Assembly: GCA_036986135.1 (NCBI GenBank)
Contig: BTQZ01000004.1
Coordinates: 44,093-108,092, forward strand
Direction: 5' to 3'
Length of the DNA: 64,000 bases
From: Anaerolineae bacterium
GTDB taxonomy: Bacteria > Chloroflexota > Anaerolineae > Anaerolineales > E44-bin32
The notes below the pieces were generated by a model. It had not been told where the DNA came from. It made no database searches and saw only the letters and a list, made by a program, of their open reading frames with translations. Positions 43,493 through 53,886 of the stretch are shown piece by piece. Positions within the stretch are counted from its first letter, which is position 1, and the number at the start of each line of letters is the position of its first letter. Made by a program: the position numbers and the translations under genes.

Positions 43493-45979
43493 TTAGCCCA
43501 CCGGGAAGCCAGCTTCGTTAATGGCTTCGCGTATCTCGTCCGGCGCCGCCTGGCCATCACGGTACTGGACGATCACGAGCTTCTCCTGGAGATCGCCCTC
43601 GACATTCTCCACCTCCGGGAGGCGGGTCACGGCTTGCGTGATCCTCTCCAGGCAGCCCGAGCAGCTCATCGACGGGACACGCAGCTTAAGACTGTGCAAT
43701 TCAGGTACCTCTTCCTCGGCTTTCTCGCCTCTGGGGATCAGCCGTCCGGCAAAGGAGTTTATCAGCACCGCGCTCACGCTGGCGACCATGGCGACCATGG
43801 CCCAGACGGGAGGCACCAGCCCCGACACCGCCAGCGGGACGCCGATACCGTTGAAGCTGAAGGCCAACACCAGGTTTTGCACCGTTTTGCGGTAGGACGA
43901 ACCCCCGATGTGATAGGCATCGACGATGGCCGTCAGCCGCTCACCCACCAGTACCACGTCAGCCGCCTCGATGGCGATGTCGGTGCCGGCGCCGATGGCG
44001 ATGCCCACATCCGCCTGCACGAGCGCCGGCGCGTCATTGATCCCGTCGCCGACCATGGCCACTCGCAATCCCTTTCCCTGGAGCTCGCGCACCTTACTCG
44101 CTTTCTCGCCCGGGAGCACCTCGGCGAAGATCTTATCGATACCGACCGCGGCGGCAACGGCACGCGCGGTGTGCCAATTATCCCCGGTGAGCATCACCGG
44201 TTCCAGCCCTTCCCGGCGCATCCGCCGGATGGCCTGGCGGGCGTCCGGCTTGACCGCATCTGCGACCGCCACCATACCGGCCAGGCTGCCATCGATCGCC
44301 ACCGCCACGACCGTGCGCGCAAGGGCAGCCTGGGCTTCCGCCTGTTCTTCGGCCTCGCGTGGAACTGACACCTGCTCGGCCAGCCAGCGCAGGCTTCCCA
44401 CTTGAACGGACTTGCCTTCAACTGCCGCAACGACGCCCTTGCCGGGCGTGGCGGAAAAGCCCCTCGCGTCGGCGAGATCCAATGCCTCTCCGAGGGCGCT
44501 TTCGACGATCGCGCGAGCCAGCGGGTGCTCGGAGGCACTCTCGGCGCTGGCCGTGAGCCGCAGCAACTCCCGTCGCATTGTGATCGCAGCCACCTCATTC
44601 CCATCCACCACTTGCCAGCCATGCGGCCCCTTGGCGATCACGGCCACGACGGCCGGCTTGCCTTGGGTGAGCGTCCCGGTCTTATCCAGCACGACGCGGG
44701 TGACATCCTTGAAGACTTGAAAGGCTTCGCCGCTGCGCATCAGGATGCCTTTGCGAGCAGCCTCGCCGCCGCCGCGGATCATCGCCAAGGGTGTGGCCAT
44801 CCCCAGCGCGCAAGGGTAGCCCATCACCAACACTGCCAAAGCAGCGAAAACCGCTCGGGTCGGGTCCGGTTGGCCGGTGACCAGCCAGGCGCCCAGGGTC
44901 CAGATCAGGATCGCCAGGCCGGCGAAGGCCAAGACCCCGGGGACGTACACTGCCAGGACCCTGTCCGCCAGGGCAAGGATGCCCGGCTTCATCGCCCGCG
45001 CCTGCTCGATGTGGCGTGCGACCTGGGCCAGGAAGGATTCCTCGCCGACCTGGGTGACCTCCACCAGGAGCGAGCCGGTCTGGTTGATCGACCCGCCGAT
45101 GACCTGCACACCGATTCCCTTCTCGACCGGGATCGGCTCACCGGTCACCAGGCTCTCGTCGACCGCCGAAGCGCCGTCGGCCACGCGGCCGTCCACCGGG
45201 ATGTTCTCTCCGGGGCGCACCCGCACCTTGTCACCGGGCTGGACCTCGGCCGTAGGAATCTCAATTTCCGTTCCATCCGAGCGCACCACGCGTGCCGTGG
45301 CTGGTTGGAGATCAAGCAGCTTGCGCACCGCCTGCGAGGCGCGAGTTCTCACCAGCAGCGAGGCCCAGCCAGAGAGCAGGTGGTAGGTGGTGATGAAGGT
45401 GGCGACGGCGAAGAATTCTGCAGCAGGAAATATCGGGCTGAAGAGGCCAATGACGCCTCCGACGAGTCCCGCGAAGGCGCCAAACTCAAGCAGCACGTGC
45501 TGGTTGAGGATGCCGCGTCGCAGAGACTGGTACGCCATGACCGCTATGTGCAAACCGGGCCCGAAGACCGTGGCCAGTGCTAGAGCCGGCATTGCCAGGC
45601 GGAACCAGGGCTGCGAATAGCCCAGCCACGAAGCGATCATCATAGCCAGGGAGGCGGCCGTAAAAGCGGCGGCCACCAGCAGCCGTTTTCGAGCCTCCTG
45701 GAGCTCCGCCTTTTGCTCCTCGAAGGCCTGCACCTTGTCAGGGTCGCGCACCGTATAGCCCAACTGGCGCAGAACCTCCCGCAATTCATCGGGTGTCCGC
45801 TGCGCCGGGTCATACTCGATCAAGGCCTCTTCGTGCGCCAGGCTGATGTGGACCTCCTCCACACCCTCCATGCGGCCATAGGCCTTCTGGATGGTCATCG
45901 TGCAAAAGGAGCACGACATTCCGCCGATATTGACCTGTAGATGATCCAATTTGCGCGCTTTGGTCTCTGGCGACGACAT
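43493..45979 (-). CDS. copA: P1B-type heavy-metal ATPase, CopA-like, with both N- and C-terminal HMA domains and an atypical TM4 motif YPC
   Basis: ATG at 45979 with AGGAG 9 nt upstream (the track starts at GTG 46015). GMSCSFC (N-terminal) and SMSCSGC (C-terminal), [17 protein letters not shown]4 reads [13 protein letters not shown]. Confidence 0.9.
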   Translation of the reverse strand: MSSPETKARKLDHLQVNIGGMSCSFCTMTIQKAYGRMEGVEEVHISLAHEEALIEYDPAQRTPDELREVLRQLGYTVRDPDKVQAFEEQKAELQEARKRLLVAAAFTAASLAMMIASWLGYSQPWFRLAMPALALATVFGPGLHIAVMAYQSLRRGILNQHVLLEFGAFAGLVGGVIGLFSPIFPAAEFFAVATFITTYHLLSGWASLLVRTRASQAVRKLLDLQPATARVVRSDGTEIEIPTAEVQPGDKVRVRPGENIPVDGRVADGASAVDESLVTGEPIPVEKGIGVQVIGGSINQTGSLLVEVTQVGEESFLAQVARHIEQARAMKPGILALADRVLAVYVPGVLAFAGLAILIWTLGAWLVTGQPDPTRAVFAALAVLVMGYPCALGMATPLAMIRGGGEAARKGILMRSGEAFQVFKDVTRVVLDKTGTLTQGKPAVVAVIAKGPHGWQVVDGNEVAAITMRRELLRLTASAESASEHPLARAIVESALGEALDLADARGFSATPGKGVVAAVEGKSVQVGSLRWLAEQVSVPREAEEQAEAQAALARTVVAVAIDGSLAGMVAVADAVKPDARQAIRRMRREGLEPVMLTGDNWHTARAVAAAVGIDKIFAEVLPGEKASKVRELQGKGLRVAMVGDGINDAPALVQADVGIAIGAGTDIAIEAADVVLVGERLTAIVDAYHIGGSSYRKTVQNLVLAFSFNGIGVPLAVSGLVPPVWAMVAMVASVSAVLINSFAGRLIPRGEKAEEEVPELHSLKLRVPSMSCSGCLERITQAVTRLPEVENVEGDLQEKLVIVQYRDGQAAPDEIREAINEAGFPVG

Positions 45980-46042
45980 GACGCTATCTCCTACGCTTGG
46001 GAATTCAGAAAGCACAAGAGCGTGCCAACTGTTCCGGTGGCT

Positions 46043-46073
46043 AGTTTACAGCTTCCAGTTGCTGGAATGTCAA
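46043..46073 (-). promoter_or_regulatory. MerR/CueR-type promoter of the copA-like operon: 19-bp spacer containing a perfect dyad
   Basis: Minus strand TTGACA (46073..46068) - TTCCAGCAACTGGAAGCTG (19 nt, dyad TTCCAG-CAA-CTGGAA) - TAAACT (46048..46043). Confidence 0.65.
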
Positions 46074-46141
46074 GAGGGGATTGACTGCCTCATGAGGCAA
46101 CCGAAGAGGCGCTCAGAAGAGTGTCACTTATATGATTCGAC

Positions 46142-48178
46142 CTACGCCCCCTGAACCACTACCCGAATTTCCTCCACAATCTCCGGGTTCGCCAAGGTGG
46201 TCACGTCGCCGATGTCCTTGGCGTCGGAGATGGCCGCAAGGACGCGGCGCATAATCTTGCCGGATCGCGTTTTTGGCATATCAGGCACGATATGAACATG
46301 CTTGGGTCGCGCGATCTTTCCGATCTCTGTTTCGATCGCAGTTACAATCGCCTCCCGAATCTTCTTGTTCGGCTTGTATTCAGGTTTCAATGAGACATAC
46401 ACGTCCGGTACGCGCCCCTTGATATCATCAGCCAAAGGTACAACGGCGGCTTCCCCAACTTCTGGTACTAGCAGGCAGGCGGACTCGAGTTCTTTCGTGC
46501 CCAACCGGTGTCCGGCGACGTTGATCACGTCATCGACCCTGCCCAAGATCCGGTAATACCCATCGGCGGCTTCAATTGCCGCGTCTCCCGTGAAGTAGGG
46601 CCAATCTCTCCAGTCTTTGCTCTCCGGGTCCCTGCAATACTTATTGTAGTAGGTTGAGACATACCGCTCGCGGTCCCCCCAGATCGTCTCGAAGCCGCCG
46701 GGCCATGGGTTCTGAATACAGATGTTTCCCGCCTTCCCCAGGCCGCGTTCGATCACATTGCCATCCTCATCATAGATGATGGGATGGATGCCCGGCATTC
46801 CCGGTCCGGCGCTCCCAGGCTTCATCGGATGTATCGCCGGTATAGTGCTACAAAGGAAACCGCCCGTTTCGGTCTGCCACCAGGTATCCACAATCACCGC
46901 TCTGCCTTTTCCGACGAAGTGGTAGTACCAGCGCCAGACCTCTGGCTCAATCGGCTCACCGACGGTGGTCATGTGCTTGAATTGGAACTTGTACTTACCG
47001 GGCTCGTCCGGGCCGGCCTTCCTCAGCATTCGGATCGTCGTCGGCGCCGTGTGAAATATGTTGACGCCTAGCCGCTCGGCAATCCTCCAGGGACGCCCAG
47101 CGTCCGGACACGTCGGCACCCCCTCATACATGACGGAAGTAGCCGCGAGCGCAAGCGGCCCGTACACGATGTAGGAATGGCCCGTAATCCATCCAATATC
47201 AGCCATGCACCAATACACATCCTCTGGATGGATATCCTGCACATATTTCGAAGTACCCGCAGCATATGCGAGATAGCCGCCTGTATTGTGCTGACAGCCT
47301 TTCGGTTTTCCCGTGGTGCCGCTTGTGTACATCAGGAAGAGTGGCGCTTCGGCCGGCATAGATACCGGCTCGATGCGAGCGCCAAGATAGTTGGGAAGCA
47401 GCTCGTCCACGAAGAAGTCCCGACCGTCTACCATGCGCGACTTTGAGGCGTACTTCCCCGGATATCTCCGCCAGATGAGGACTTTCTCGACCGCCTGACC
47501 ATTCTCCTCAGCCACCGCGACCGCCCCGTCAGACTTCTCCTTGTGGTCGAGCAGCTCGCCGGAGCGGTGATAGCCATCCATTGTGACCAGGATCCGAGAG
47601 CCCGAATCTGCAATCCGCTCGCCACAAGCCTTGCCGCTGAACCCCCCAAAGACCTCGGAGTGGACGGCGCCCAGACGGGCACAGGCGAGCATCGTGATCG
47701 GTAGTTCGGGGACCATCGGCAGGTGCAGCGTCACCCGGTCGCCGGGCTTGACCCCCGCAAAGTCTCGCAGCACGGCGGCCACCTCGTTAACTCGTGCGTA
47801 CAGTTCCTGGTAGGTGATGGCCACATGCGGTTCGTCCTCCGGCTCCGGCACCCAGATGATGGCGGCCTTGTTCCGGTAGACTGGAAGGTGACGGTCAACG
47901 CAGTTGTAGCAGGCATTGATTCGCCCACCCACAAACCAGCGCCAGCTCGGAGCGTTGCTGGTATCGAGAGTCGTGTGCCAGTAGCTATTCCAGGTAAGTA
48001 AGTCTGCGTATTCTTTGAAGCACTCGGGAAAGTTCTCAAGCCGGAATCGGTCGAACACCCTCTGATCGGTCAGATTGGCCTGTGCGATGAATTCTGCCGG
48101 TGGGTAGAAATATTCTTCTTCCTGCCAGTGTGCAGCAATTTCGGCTTCGCTGACTTCGATGCCTTCCTTATCGCTCAT
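46142..48178 (-). CDS. acs: Acetyl-CoA synthetase (AMP-forming acetate/short-chain acyl-CoA ligase)
   Basis: 678 aa. WFVGGRINACYNCVDRH, YTSGTTGKPKG, WWQTETGG, TRSGKIMRR. Confidence 0.9.
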   Translation of the reverse strand: MSDKEGIEVSEAEIAAHWQEEEYFYPPAEFIAQANLTDQRVFDRFRLENFPECFKEYADLLTWNSYWHTTLDTSNAPSWRWFVGGRINACYNCVDRHLPVYRNKAAIIWVPEPEDEPHVAITYQELYARVNEVAAVLRDFAGVKPGDRVTLHLPMVPELPITMLACARLGAVHSEVFGGFSGKACGERIADSGSRILVTMDGYHRSGELLDHKEKSDGAVAVAEENGQAVEKVLIWRRYPGKYASKSRMVDGRDFFVDELLPNYLGARIEPVSMPAEAPLFLMYTSGTTGKPKGCQHNTGGYLAYAAGTSKYVQDIHPEDVYWCMADIGWITGHSYIVYGPLALAATSVMYEGVPTCPDAGRPWRIAERLGVNIFHTAPTTIRMLRKAGPDEPGKYKFQFKHMTTVGEPIEPEVWRWYYHFVGKGRAVIVDTWWQTETGGFLCSTIPAIHPMKPGSAGPGMPGIHPIIYDEDGNVIERGLGKAGNICIQNPWPGGFETIWGDRERYVSTYYNKYCRDPESKDWRDWPYFTGDAAIEAADGYYRILGRVDDVINVAGHRLGTKELESACLLVPEVGEAAVVPLADDIKGRVPDVYVSLKPEYKPNKKIREAIVTAIETEIGKIARPKHVHIVPDMPKTRSGKIMRRVLAAISDAKDIGDVTTLANPEIVEEIRVVVQGA

Positions 48179-48427
48179 GAGAGTTCCCTCCTGCGGGTCC
48201 GATCCGACAGTACCGAGCGTGCAAGGGCGTCAAACCACTTCCCGCGCACCCGTTCCATGAATTGATCTTTTCAAGCCTTGGGCGAACAAATAGCTGGCGG
48301 TCGAATTCCATTTCCAAAATGCCGCTGAGGATCGAGTCACCAAACACCTGGTCCATAGCTCGATTCGCATCGATGAGAAGAGGATCCCGCCCCGGATGGA
48401 TTGACCATATTTCAAGTCGGCCCGTCC

Positions 48428-49744
48428 TCAGGCCTTTACTTCACCGAGCACTGCGTCTAGGATCCGGACCCCGAGTTCGGCTTCCTGCTCGGTTATGACC
48501 AGCGGCGGCGCGATGCGGATGACATTTCCGTGCATGCCCACCTTACCAAGCAGCATCCCGTGCTCTGCAGCAATTTGCAGGATTTGAAGGGCCATATCTG
48601 GGGCAGGCGCGTACCCATCAACAGGGTCCACAATCTCAAGGCCAATCACCAACCCTTTTCCGCGGACATCGCCCAGGCATTTATGCTTTGTCTGCATAGA
48701 CTCAAGACTGGTCTTTAGAACCTCGCCCACTCGGGTGGCGTTTGAAGCAAGGTCTTCCTTGGAGAGGATCTCCAATACGGCGATAGAAGCAGCGCTCGCC
48801 AGTGGGTTACCGCCCCACGTGCTGGATAGCTCGCCTACCGCTAAGGAATCAAAGATCCGGGATTCTGCTGCTAGAGCCGAGGATGGCACGCCACTGCCAA
48901 ATCCCTTGCCCAAACATAGCATTTGGGGTTGGACATTTTCCCATTCGATGGCATAGAGCTTGCCAGTACGGCCGAAACTCGATTGGATTTCATCGACGAT
49001 GAGCAGCAGATTTCGATCGCGGCACCATGTTTCAAGCGCCTTCAACCAACCGTCCGGAGGAAAGATGAACCCGGCCGCTCCCTGATAGGGCTCCACGATG
49101 ACAGATCCCAGCTCACCCGAGGATGAAGTTTGGAGGATTCTGTCCAGCGCATCTATGCAGAAGAAATCGCACTCAGGATAGTGCTTCTCATAGAAGCAGC
49201 GATAGCAATACGCGTAGGGGGCCATAATCCCCCCCGGAACTGGTGGACCGAACCCACGTCGCGTCGCTTGATTGCCGGCAACACTGAGCGCGCCATACGT
49301 CCTGCCGTGGAAGCCACCATGAAAAGCGAGCACTTCGAACTTTTTCGTATAGCGCCTGGCCACCCGCAGGGCGGCTTCGGTAGCTTCTGATCCCGTTGTG
49401 AGCAGGAATACCCGGTCTAGATTGGAGGGAAGCGTTCCAAGAAGATTTCTTGAAAGGGTGACCCGTTCTGGGGTGGGAAACGAGTAGCAGTTCATCAGCC
49501 GGCCCGCCTGATGGCGAATGGCCGCCACGTGCGATGGGTGGGAATGACCGATATTGGTCACCAAGACGCCGGACGTGAAATCGAGGTATTCATTACCGTC
49601 CACATCGGTGACCCAAACCCGTTCAGCATGGTCCCAAACCACCGGGACTTGATCGGAGACGCAAGGAGGCTCACAGCCGCGAGAGATCTGCAGCAACTCT
49701 GCAGATTTGGGCCCAGGAACCTGTCGCTTTGGTGGGAGTTTCAT
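48428..49744 (-). CDS. Class III (GabT/ornithine-type) PLP aminotransferase
   Basis: ATG at 49744 preferred (MKLPPKRQVPGPKS...). TTGSEATEAALRVAR, DEIQSSFGRTGK. Confidence 0.85.
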   Translation of the reverse strand: MKLPPKRQVPGPKSAELLQISRGCEPPCVSDQVPVVWDHAERVWVTDVDGNEYLDFTSGVLVTNIGHSHPSHVAAIRHQAGRLMNCYSFPTPERVTLSRNLLGTLPSNLDRVFLLTTGSEATEAALRVARRYTKKFEVLAFHGGFHGRTYGALSVAGNQATRRGFGPPVPGGIMAPYAYCYRCFYEKHYPECDFFCIDALDRILQTSSSGELGSVIVEPYQGAAGFIFPPDGWLKALETWCRDRNLLLIVDEIQSSFGRTGKLYAIEWENVQPQMLCLGKGFGSGVPSSALAAESRIFDSLAVGELSSTWGGNPLASAASIAVLEILSKEDLASNATRVGEVLKTSLESMQTKHKCLGDVRGKGLVIGLEIVDPVDGYAPAPDMALQILQIAAEHGMLLGKVGMHGNVIRIAPPLVITEQEAELGVRILDAVLGEVKA

Positions 49745-49848
49745 TCCCGTACCTCTATCAATTCTCAGATCTCGAGGCACTGCAAAATGCCTTTTTGCTC
49801 TACGTCACGCGTTGCTGCGCGCTTGGCAAACCTCAAGCGCTTGGAAAC

Positions 49849-50895
49849 CTACCGCTGGACTCTGCCGGAAGCCTCGCCTCCCATGAGTCGGGCCACTTCA
49901 TCGACTGTGGCCAGATTGGCATCGCCAGGGATGGAGTGCTTTAGACAAGACGCAGCAGCAGCAAATTCGAGTGCCTCGCGATCTTCCATGCCGGCTGCCA
50001 TGCCGTATATCAACCCCGCCGAAAACGCATCCCCGCCCCCAACGCGATCGACGATATGCGTGATGTCATATTTGGTGCTCAGTATGAATTCCTGGCCATT
50101 GTGCAGACAGGCTGCCCATCCATTGTGACTGGCGCTGTAGCTCTCCCGGAGCGTGATCGCCTGATATTTTAGGTTAGGATAGGCCGTCATTACTTTCTCG
50201 CAGAGCGTCCTGTACTTCTCCGGATCCAATTGGCCAGCCTCGACCTCCTGCTCCCAATCGCCCGCTTCGACACTGATACCGAGGGACCTTTGGCAATCCT
50301 CCTCATTTGCAATGCCTACATCAATTAACTTCACAATGTCAGTCATGACTTCAGGGGCTTCCTTGCCGTATTTCCATAATTTCTTTCGGAAATTGTAGTC
50401 GCAGGAGACGGTGATGCCTTGCTCCTTGGCGGTTCGCACGGCTGTGAGGGTGTGGTCTGCTGCAGATTGGCTCAATGCGGGGGTGATTCCGGTAACGTGA
50501 AACCACGTGGCCCCGTCGAAGATAGCGTTCCAATCCAGCGCCTCAGGGCCCGTCGTCGCGATGGCCGAGCCTGACCGGTCGTAGATGACCTTTGAAGGGC
50601 GCTGATTGGCGCCGGGTTCGAGAAAGTAAATGCCCATGCGGTCACCGGCGCGGGCGATTGGTGAGGTATCCACGCCGCATCCCCTGAGACGTGCCACACA
50701 AGCGTCACCAATCGGATTAGCAGGCAAAACGCTTGCGAAGCCAACGTCCACCCCAAAGCTGGCCAACGAAATAGCAACATTGGCCTCGCCACCACCGAAG
50801 GTCGCCTCCAAGACAGGAGACTGAAAGAAGCGCTCAAAGCCAGGCGACTTCAGTCGCAGCATGATTTCGCCAAAGGAAACCACGCGAGCGTTCAT
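49849..50895 (-). CDS. kdgK: PfkB-family sugar kinase, 2-dehydro-3-deoxygluconokinase-like
   Basis: ATG at 50895 overlaps the eda stop (ATGA). [15 protein letters not shown]...FGGGEANVA and [12 protein letters not shown]. Confidence 0.85.
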   Translation of the reverse strand: MNARVVSFGEIMLRLKSPGFERFFQSPVLEATFGGGEANVAISLASFGVDVGFASVLPANPIGDACVARLRGCGVDTSPIARAGDRMGIYFLEPGANQRPSKVIYDRSGSAIATTGPEALDWNAIFDGATWFHVTGITPALSQSAADHTLTAVRTAKEQGITVSCDYNFRKKLWKYGKEAPEVMTDIVKLIDVGIANEEDCQRSLGISVEAGDWEQEVEAGQLDPEKYRTLCEKVMTAYPNLKYQAITLRESYSASHNGWAACLHNGQEFILSTKYDITHIVDRVGGGDAFSAGLIYGMAAGMEDREALEFAAAASCLKHSIPGDANLATVDEVARLMGGEASGRVQR

Positions 50896-51542
50896 GGCGA
50901 GCCCTCCGCACGTGTGGAGTGAACAATATCCACGGCTTCCCGGACCAGGCGCGAGATTTGAGCAAACTCGCCATCGGCAATCAGCCCCCGCTTCGCCAGC
51001 CAGCTGCCACCACAGCAATGAACGGCCGGCAAACGCAGATAATCCGCCAGATTCTTGGGGTTGATCCCACCCGTCGGAATGAACTTAACCTCCCGATAGG
51101 GTCCAGCGATAGCCTTAATGGTTCGGATGCCGCCCAGAGCCTCGGATGGGAAGAACTTGAGCACCTGGAGCCCTCGATCAAGAGCCATATTGATCTCCGT
51201 TGGTGTCGCCACACCGGGTGTGACGGCGACATTGTTGTCGAGGCACCAGGTAACAACATCGGCGTCATAGCCAGGGGAAACAATGAATCGAGCGCCGGCC
51301 TCCGCGGCTCGTTCGGCTTGTTCCTTGGAGAGAACGGTCCCCGCGCCGACCAAGATCTCGGGATGGGTGCGCGAGAGCGAACGAATGGATTCTTGCGCCG
51401 CAGCGGTGCGGAAGGTTATCTCGGCGCAAGGCAATCCGCCTTCCAGAAGCGCCTGCCCCAATGCAGGAGCATCGTCTGCGCTTGGGATGGCGATTACCGG
51501 CACTACGCCGTACTCACCAAGCTTCATCAGCACCTCATTCAT
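50892..51542 (-). CDS. eda: KDPG / 4-hydroxy-2-oxoglutarate aldolase
   Basis: 216 aa. VVPVI...[12 protein letters not shown]...GAGTV...GARFIVSPG...LKFFP are Eda family motifs. Confidence 0.9.
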   Translation of the reverse strand: MNEVLMKLGEYGVVPVIAIPSADDAPALGQALLEGGLPCAEITFRTAAAQESIRSLSRTHPEILVGAGTVLSKEQAERAAEAGARFIVSPGYDADVVTWCLDNNVAVTPGVATPTEINMALDRGLQVLKFFPSEALGGIRTIKAIAGPYREVKFIPTGGINPKNLADYLRLPAVHCCGGSWLAKRGLIADGEFAQISRLVREAVDIVHSTRAEGSP

Positions 51543-52773
51543 CGTTGAGCTCGCTTTCGTCGAACGATTGGACGAAGGCGTACAAGGCAGAGGCGGCAGT
51601 CATAATGTCGTCTACACGGATCTGCTCGTCATGGCTATGCGCATGGCGAAGCGATCCTGGGCCAAAAACAACGGTGGGGATACCCGCCTGGTTGTTATAG
51701 AACCATGCATCGCAGGCGGCGGTCATGGCACATATTTCGCCAGATGCGCCCTGCTGCTGTACGGCCTCTACCAACTCTCTCACTAGCGGATGCTTTGCGT
51801 CCAGGCCATAGCCGTCGGAATTGAGCATCGGGAAATCGATTTCGAAGTGATCGCGCAACCATTCATCACCTTCGTCTCGAATGGCCTCCGCCATTTGCAA
51901 TTGGACCTGGTGGCGGTCGGTGTTTGGCAGGAAACCGAGAACTCCCTTGACCGTCGCTTCGGATGGGACACTTGCGGGCCATTTCCCGGCGGCACACTCA
52001 CCAAAGGTTATCGGCATCGGATCCTCGTGGCGATCGAAGAGCGGATCTCCCCTCGAAGCTTCAAGCAGCCTGTCGTGATAGCGCTCAAGGATACTCATAG
52101 CTTGGACAACTTCCTTCAATGCGCTCACAGCTCTATCTTTGCTGCCGCTATGGCTTGCATAACCAAAGGTCTTCAATTCAAACCAGACCGCGCCTCGCAC
52201 TGCGGGAACGACGGCGAGCTCCGATGGTTCCAGCACAACCGCGCAATCGGCCGCGACCCCGCGGCGTACCATGGCCAAGGTGCCGTTCCCTCCATTCTCC
52301 TCCTCAACCACAAAATGGAAGAACAGATCTCCTGCGGGCTTCGCGCCCGAGTGGCTGAGCAACTTGGCCAGTGCGAACAATGTCGCTGCTTGGCCTTTGG
52401 CATCGCATGCGCCTCGGCCATAGATCTTTCCGTGCTTCAGGTGAGGTGAAAAAGCATGCTCCTGTCCTTCGCTCGGCGGCACGACGTCCAGGTGGGTATT
52501 GAAGACGATCGACGGTCCATCTCCTCTGCCACGTATGATGCACTCCAAATTCGGCCTATCCGCGTAGCTGATCCCCGGAATTCGAAATGCATAGTCCGGA
52601 TCCTCCATGATGGAATCGCGGATCGGGACGAACTCATTCTGATCCACGAAGGGGGTCAACGCCTGGTGCAGGAGACGGATTGCAGGGCCTTCTCCCCCTC
52701 GGGTGGAGGGGATCCGAATCAGATCCATCAGCAGTTCGATGGTTTCATCCCGCACTGCTTCTGATGCGTTCAC
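51535..52773 (-). CDS. M20-family metallohydrolase (ArgE/DapE/ACY1-like deacylase)
   Basis: 412 aa. NTHLDVVP, GRGACDAKG, VVEEENGGNG. Confidence 0.85.
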   Translation of the reverse strand: MNASEAVRDETIELLMDLIRIPSTRGGEGPAIRLLHQALTPFVDQNEFVPIRDSIMEDPDYAFRIPGISYADRPNLECIIRGRGDGPSIVFNTHLDVVPPSEGQEHAFSPHLKHGKIYGRGACDAKGQAATLFALAKLLSHSGAKPAGDLFFHFVVEEENGGNGTLAMVRRGVAADCAVVLEPSELAVVPAVRGAVWFELKTFGYASHSGSKDRAVSALKEVVQAMSILERYHDRLLEASRGDPLFDRHEDPMPITFGECAAGKWPASVPSEATVKGVLGFLPNTDRHQVQLQMAEAIRDEGDEWLRDHFEIDFPMLNSDGYGLDAKHPLVRELVEAVQQQGASGEICAMTAACDAWFYNNQAGIPTVVFGPGSLRHAHSHDEQIRVDDIMTAASALYAFVQSFDESELNDE

Positions 52774-52795
52774 ATTCGCCTAATGACTCGCTGCA

Positions 52796-53848
52796 CTAAG
52801 GAATCAGCAACGCCTTTACGGCTTGCATCTCCTCTACTGCATCAAACACCGATTCCCATTCGGTAAGCGGGGCCGAATGAGTAATGAGCCTTGCGACGTC
52901 TATCTGTTTTGACGCAATCAATCCAATGGTTTTCTCCCAAGAAGTGAAGCCCGTGCTCAGGTTAAAAACAATCGTGCACACTTTCCAGATTGCAGCATCC
53001 CAAGGGAATGCAACGGCGTCTTGTCCGGTCATGCCGATGACAGTAATTCTTCCAAGCCGCCGCACAAGGTGGGGCGTAGCGGCAATAGCAGGAGCGGCCC
53101 CCGATGCCTCCACGACCAAATCAGCGCCGCGTCCGTCCGTGAGGTCCTGTACGGCTCGTACAATATCCTGCTGACCAGAAACAATGATCTCATCGGCACC
53201 GATCTCACGCCCGAGCGGCAGCCGCATGCTCTCATCGGCTGCAGTGCCGATCAGCGCGACCGTCCGAGCACCGGCGGCTCTTGCGACCATCACCGAGAGC
53301 AGGCCGATGGGGCCCGGTCCCAATACGACAACGAAATCGTTTGGTTCGACGATGCCGCGTTCTAGAACATCCTGAACGACGTTGGCGGTGGGCTCCACTA
53401 ATGCCGCTTCCTGGAAGGAAACCGAATCGGGGAGGCGATGTAGGAGATGCTCTGGCATGGCGATAAACCGGGCGAAGGCGCCATCAATTCCCCACCCTGG
53501 AGATCGCTTCTCAGAGCACAATTGAATGTGCCCGGTGCGGCACAGCTCGCATTTTCCGCAGGCCTTGGTGTGCGGCTCGGCCACAACACGATCCCCCACA
53601 GCGAAATTGGAGACCGTTGATCCAGCTTCGACCACGACGCCCGAAAATTCGTGACCCATAATGACTGGGGGCCAATAGGGAAAGCTGTCGTGGCGAATGT
53701 GAATATCTGTGCCGCATATGCCAGCCGCCTTGACCTCGATCAGCACCTCATCCACCTTTGGTGAGGGGATTGGCGCATCCATGAGTGCCATATTCCCGGG
53801 GCCTTTGGCAGTCTTAAAGAGGCCCTGCATCTTCTCGGGTTTGGTCAT
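52796..53848 (-). CDS. Zinc-dependent medium-chain alcohol/polyol dehydrogenase (sorbitol/threonine dehydrogenase-like)
   Basis: 350 aa. GICGTDIHI, GHEFSG, C-x2-C-x2-C-x7-C structural zinc site (CGKCELCRTGHIQLC), GPGPIGLL. Confidence 0.9.
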   Translation of the reverse strand: MTKPEKMQGLFKTAKGPGNMALMDAPIPSPKVDEVLIEVKAAGICGTDIHIRHDSFPYWPPVIMGHEFSGVVVEAGSTVSNFAVGDRVVAEPHTKACGKCELCRTGHIQLCSEKRSPGWGIDGAFARFIAMPEHLLHRLPDSVSFQEAALVEPTANVVQDVLERGIVEPNDFVVVLGPGPIGLLSVMVARAAGARTVALIGTAADESMRLPLGREIGADEIIVSGQQDIVRAVQDLTDGRGADLVVEASGAAPAIAATPHLVRRLGRITVIGMTGQDAVAFPWDAAIWKVCTIVFNLSTGFTSWEKTIGLIASKQIDVARLITHSAPLTEWESVFDAVEEMQAVKALLIP

Positions 53849-53886
53849 CGTTACACTACTCTGCCTGCACGGATCCGAAGGCGGGA

